This document shows, piece by piece, positions 63,066 through 64,000 of a stretch of 64,000 nucleotides of DNA (its first letter is position 1; every line of letters starts with the position of its first letter). Under the pieces are notes generated by a model. That model ran no database searches. It was not told where the DNA came from and saw only the letters and a program-made list of their open reading frames with translations. Position numbers and translations under genes: made by a program. The stretch is taken from the IMG/VR virus record IMGVR_UViG_3300034062_006701, one strand, 5' to 3'. Origin of the DNA: a virus (Duplodnaviria; Caudoviricetes).

Positions 63066-64000
63066 GTGAGAAATTATCTAGTAACACTAAGTAGCATTCA
63101 ACCAAGCGACCCACCGCAGGTACTCGACCACTATCTCTTTCTAGATCCTCTTCTTGGTATTAACTTTGTTTATCCAAATTCAGCGAACGGTGGTTTTTTT
63201 GTCGGTACATCTTATACCGGTGCTCTTACCGCGGATAGCGAAAATATATACCCATGGGGGTACCCTATACAGACAGCTGTCACAAATATAGAGATAGGAC
63301 CACTCAAAGGACCGTATACACTTACCTTTTCACCTACAGGTCTCGACACAAGTAAGGCAGCGATATTGAAGATAATTTATAATTTCGGTGACGGTACTAA
63401 TACAACTGTTAATCGTAGTATTGTACCGAAATTCCGAATGGGTGACACACTATCTGCTGGTGATCCAAACGCTATATCTGTTAGCCATGAGTACTACCCT
63501 CAAAGTATAGATAGTACCACAGTTTATAATCCGATTATTACAGTAATAAACGGTAATATGGTTGAAAACGTTTTTAATATAACTCTTTCTACCGTACCTG
63601 CCTCAATTTACGACTTTAATAGTACACATCTTATTAGCAACACTCAGCAAAGCAGACTTTCAGAGACACAAAATGTATTTGAGGTAGAGCAGCCTAATTA
63701 TCTGACTGTAGCACGTGTTTTAAGTACCACAGACGCAAAATACACAACACCTCCCTTCTTTAGTCCTGAAACACTTGCAGGTTATGAAGATAATTTAATT
63801 TTATGGCTTGATGCACTAGATGCTTTAACCCTTTCACGTGATCGATACGAAAATGTTCTTATATGGTATGATAAGAGTTCATATCAAAATAACTTTTTCT
63901 CTGATATTCCGAATATACCCGGTGTAGGTGGTGTGGTAGGCACGAGTCCACAATTTCAATATCAAACACAGTCTACTTCACTAAGAAAGAGTGTATTATT
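63066..64000 (+). CDS. PKD-like + LamG/ConA-like virion protein (3'-partial)
   Basis: Hand translation from GTG 63066; YNFGDG and LWLDALD...WYDKS motifs; not in the ORF track because it runs off the window. Confidence 0.65.
   Translation, partial: MRNYLVTLSSIQPSDPPQVLDHYLFLDPLLGINFVYPNSANGGFFVGTSYTGALTADSENIYPWGYPIQTAVTNIEIGPLKGPYTLTFSPTGLDTSKAAILKIIYNFGDGTNTTVNRSIVPKFRMGDTLSAGDPNAISVSHEYYPQSIDSTTVYNPIITVINGNMVENVFNITLSTVPASIYDFNSTHLISNTQQSRLSETQNVFEVEQPNYLTVARVLSTTDAKYTTPPFFSPETLAGYEDNLILWLDALDALTLSRDRYENVLIWYDKSSYQNNFFSDIPNIPGVGGVVGTSPQFQYQTQSTSLRKSVL

Overview
A 64 kb segment of a large, AT-rich, lytic T4-like (myovirus/jumbo-type) phage genome in the standard genetic code. Host is tentatively Verrucomicrobiota/PVC, inferred from the bS21 type. 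The two flanks (1-5.8 kb and 43.5-64 kb on +, plus 12-17 kb on -) are late virion-accessory genes: several paralogous Gly/Asn/Ser/Cys-repeat fibres, two trypsin-like proteases, a lectin, an RCC1 propeller, and two glycosyltransferase + sulfotransferase cassettes. The middle (mostly - strand) holds nucleotide metabolism (nrdAB, dCMP deaminase, thyX, 5'-nucleotidase), DNA-processing genes (5'-3' exonuclease, RadA-like ATPase, HNH and two free-standing endonucleases) and a translation-related island: 17 tRNAs, a tmRNA with a 34-aa tag, ribosomal protein bS21, a SpoT/Mesh1-like HD hydrolase, Hsp20 and several unannotated structured RNAs. Highlights: (1) a 183-nt group I intron inside the anticodon of tRNA-Asn, directly upstream of a free-standing endonuclease; (2) atypical tRNAs (Ile-UAU with a long arm, Ser-ACU, short-arm Leu-UAG, Val with a remodelled elbow); (3) a roughly 660-nt ORF-poor structured RNA locus plus two 85-nt RNAs with 12 nt of mutual complementarity; (4) 5'/3' UTR pairing around hsp20; (5) promoter boxes placed so that many mRNAs would be leaderless; (6) a set of proteins with T4-like capsid-targeting N-termini. 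All assignments are from reading the sequence by eye; no searches were run.
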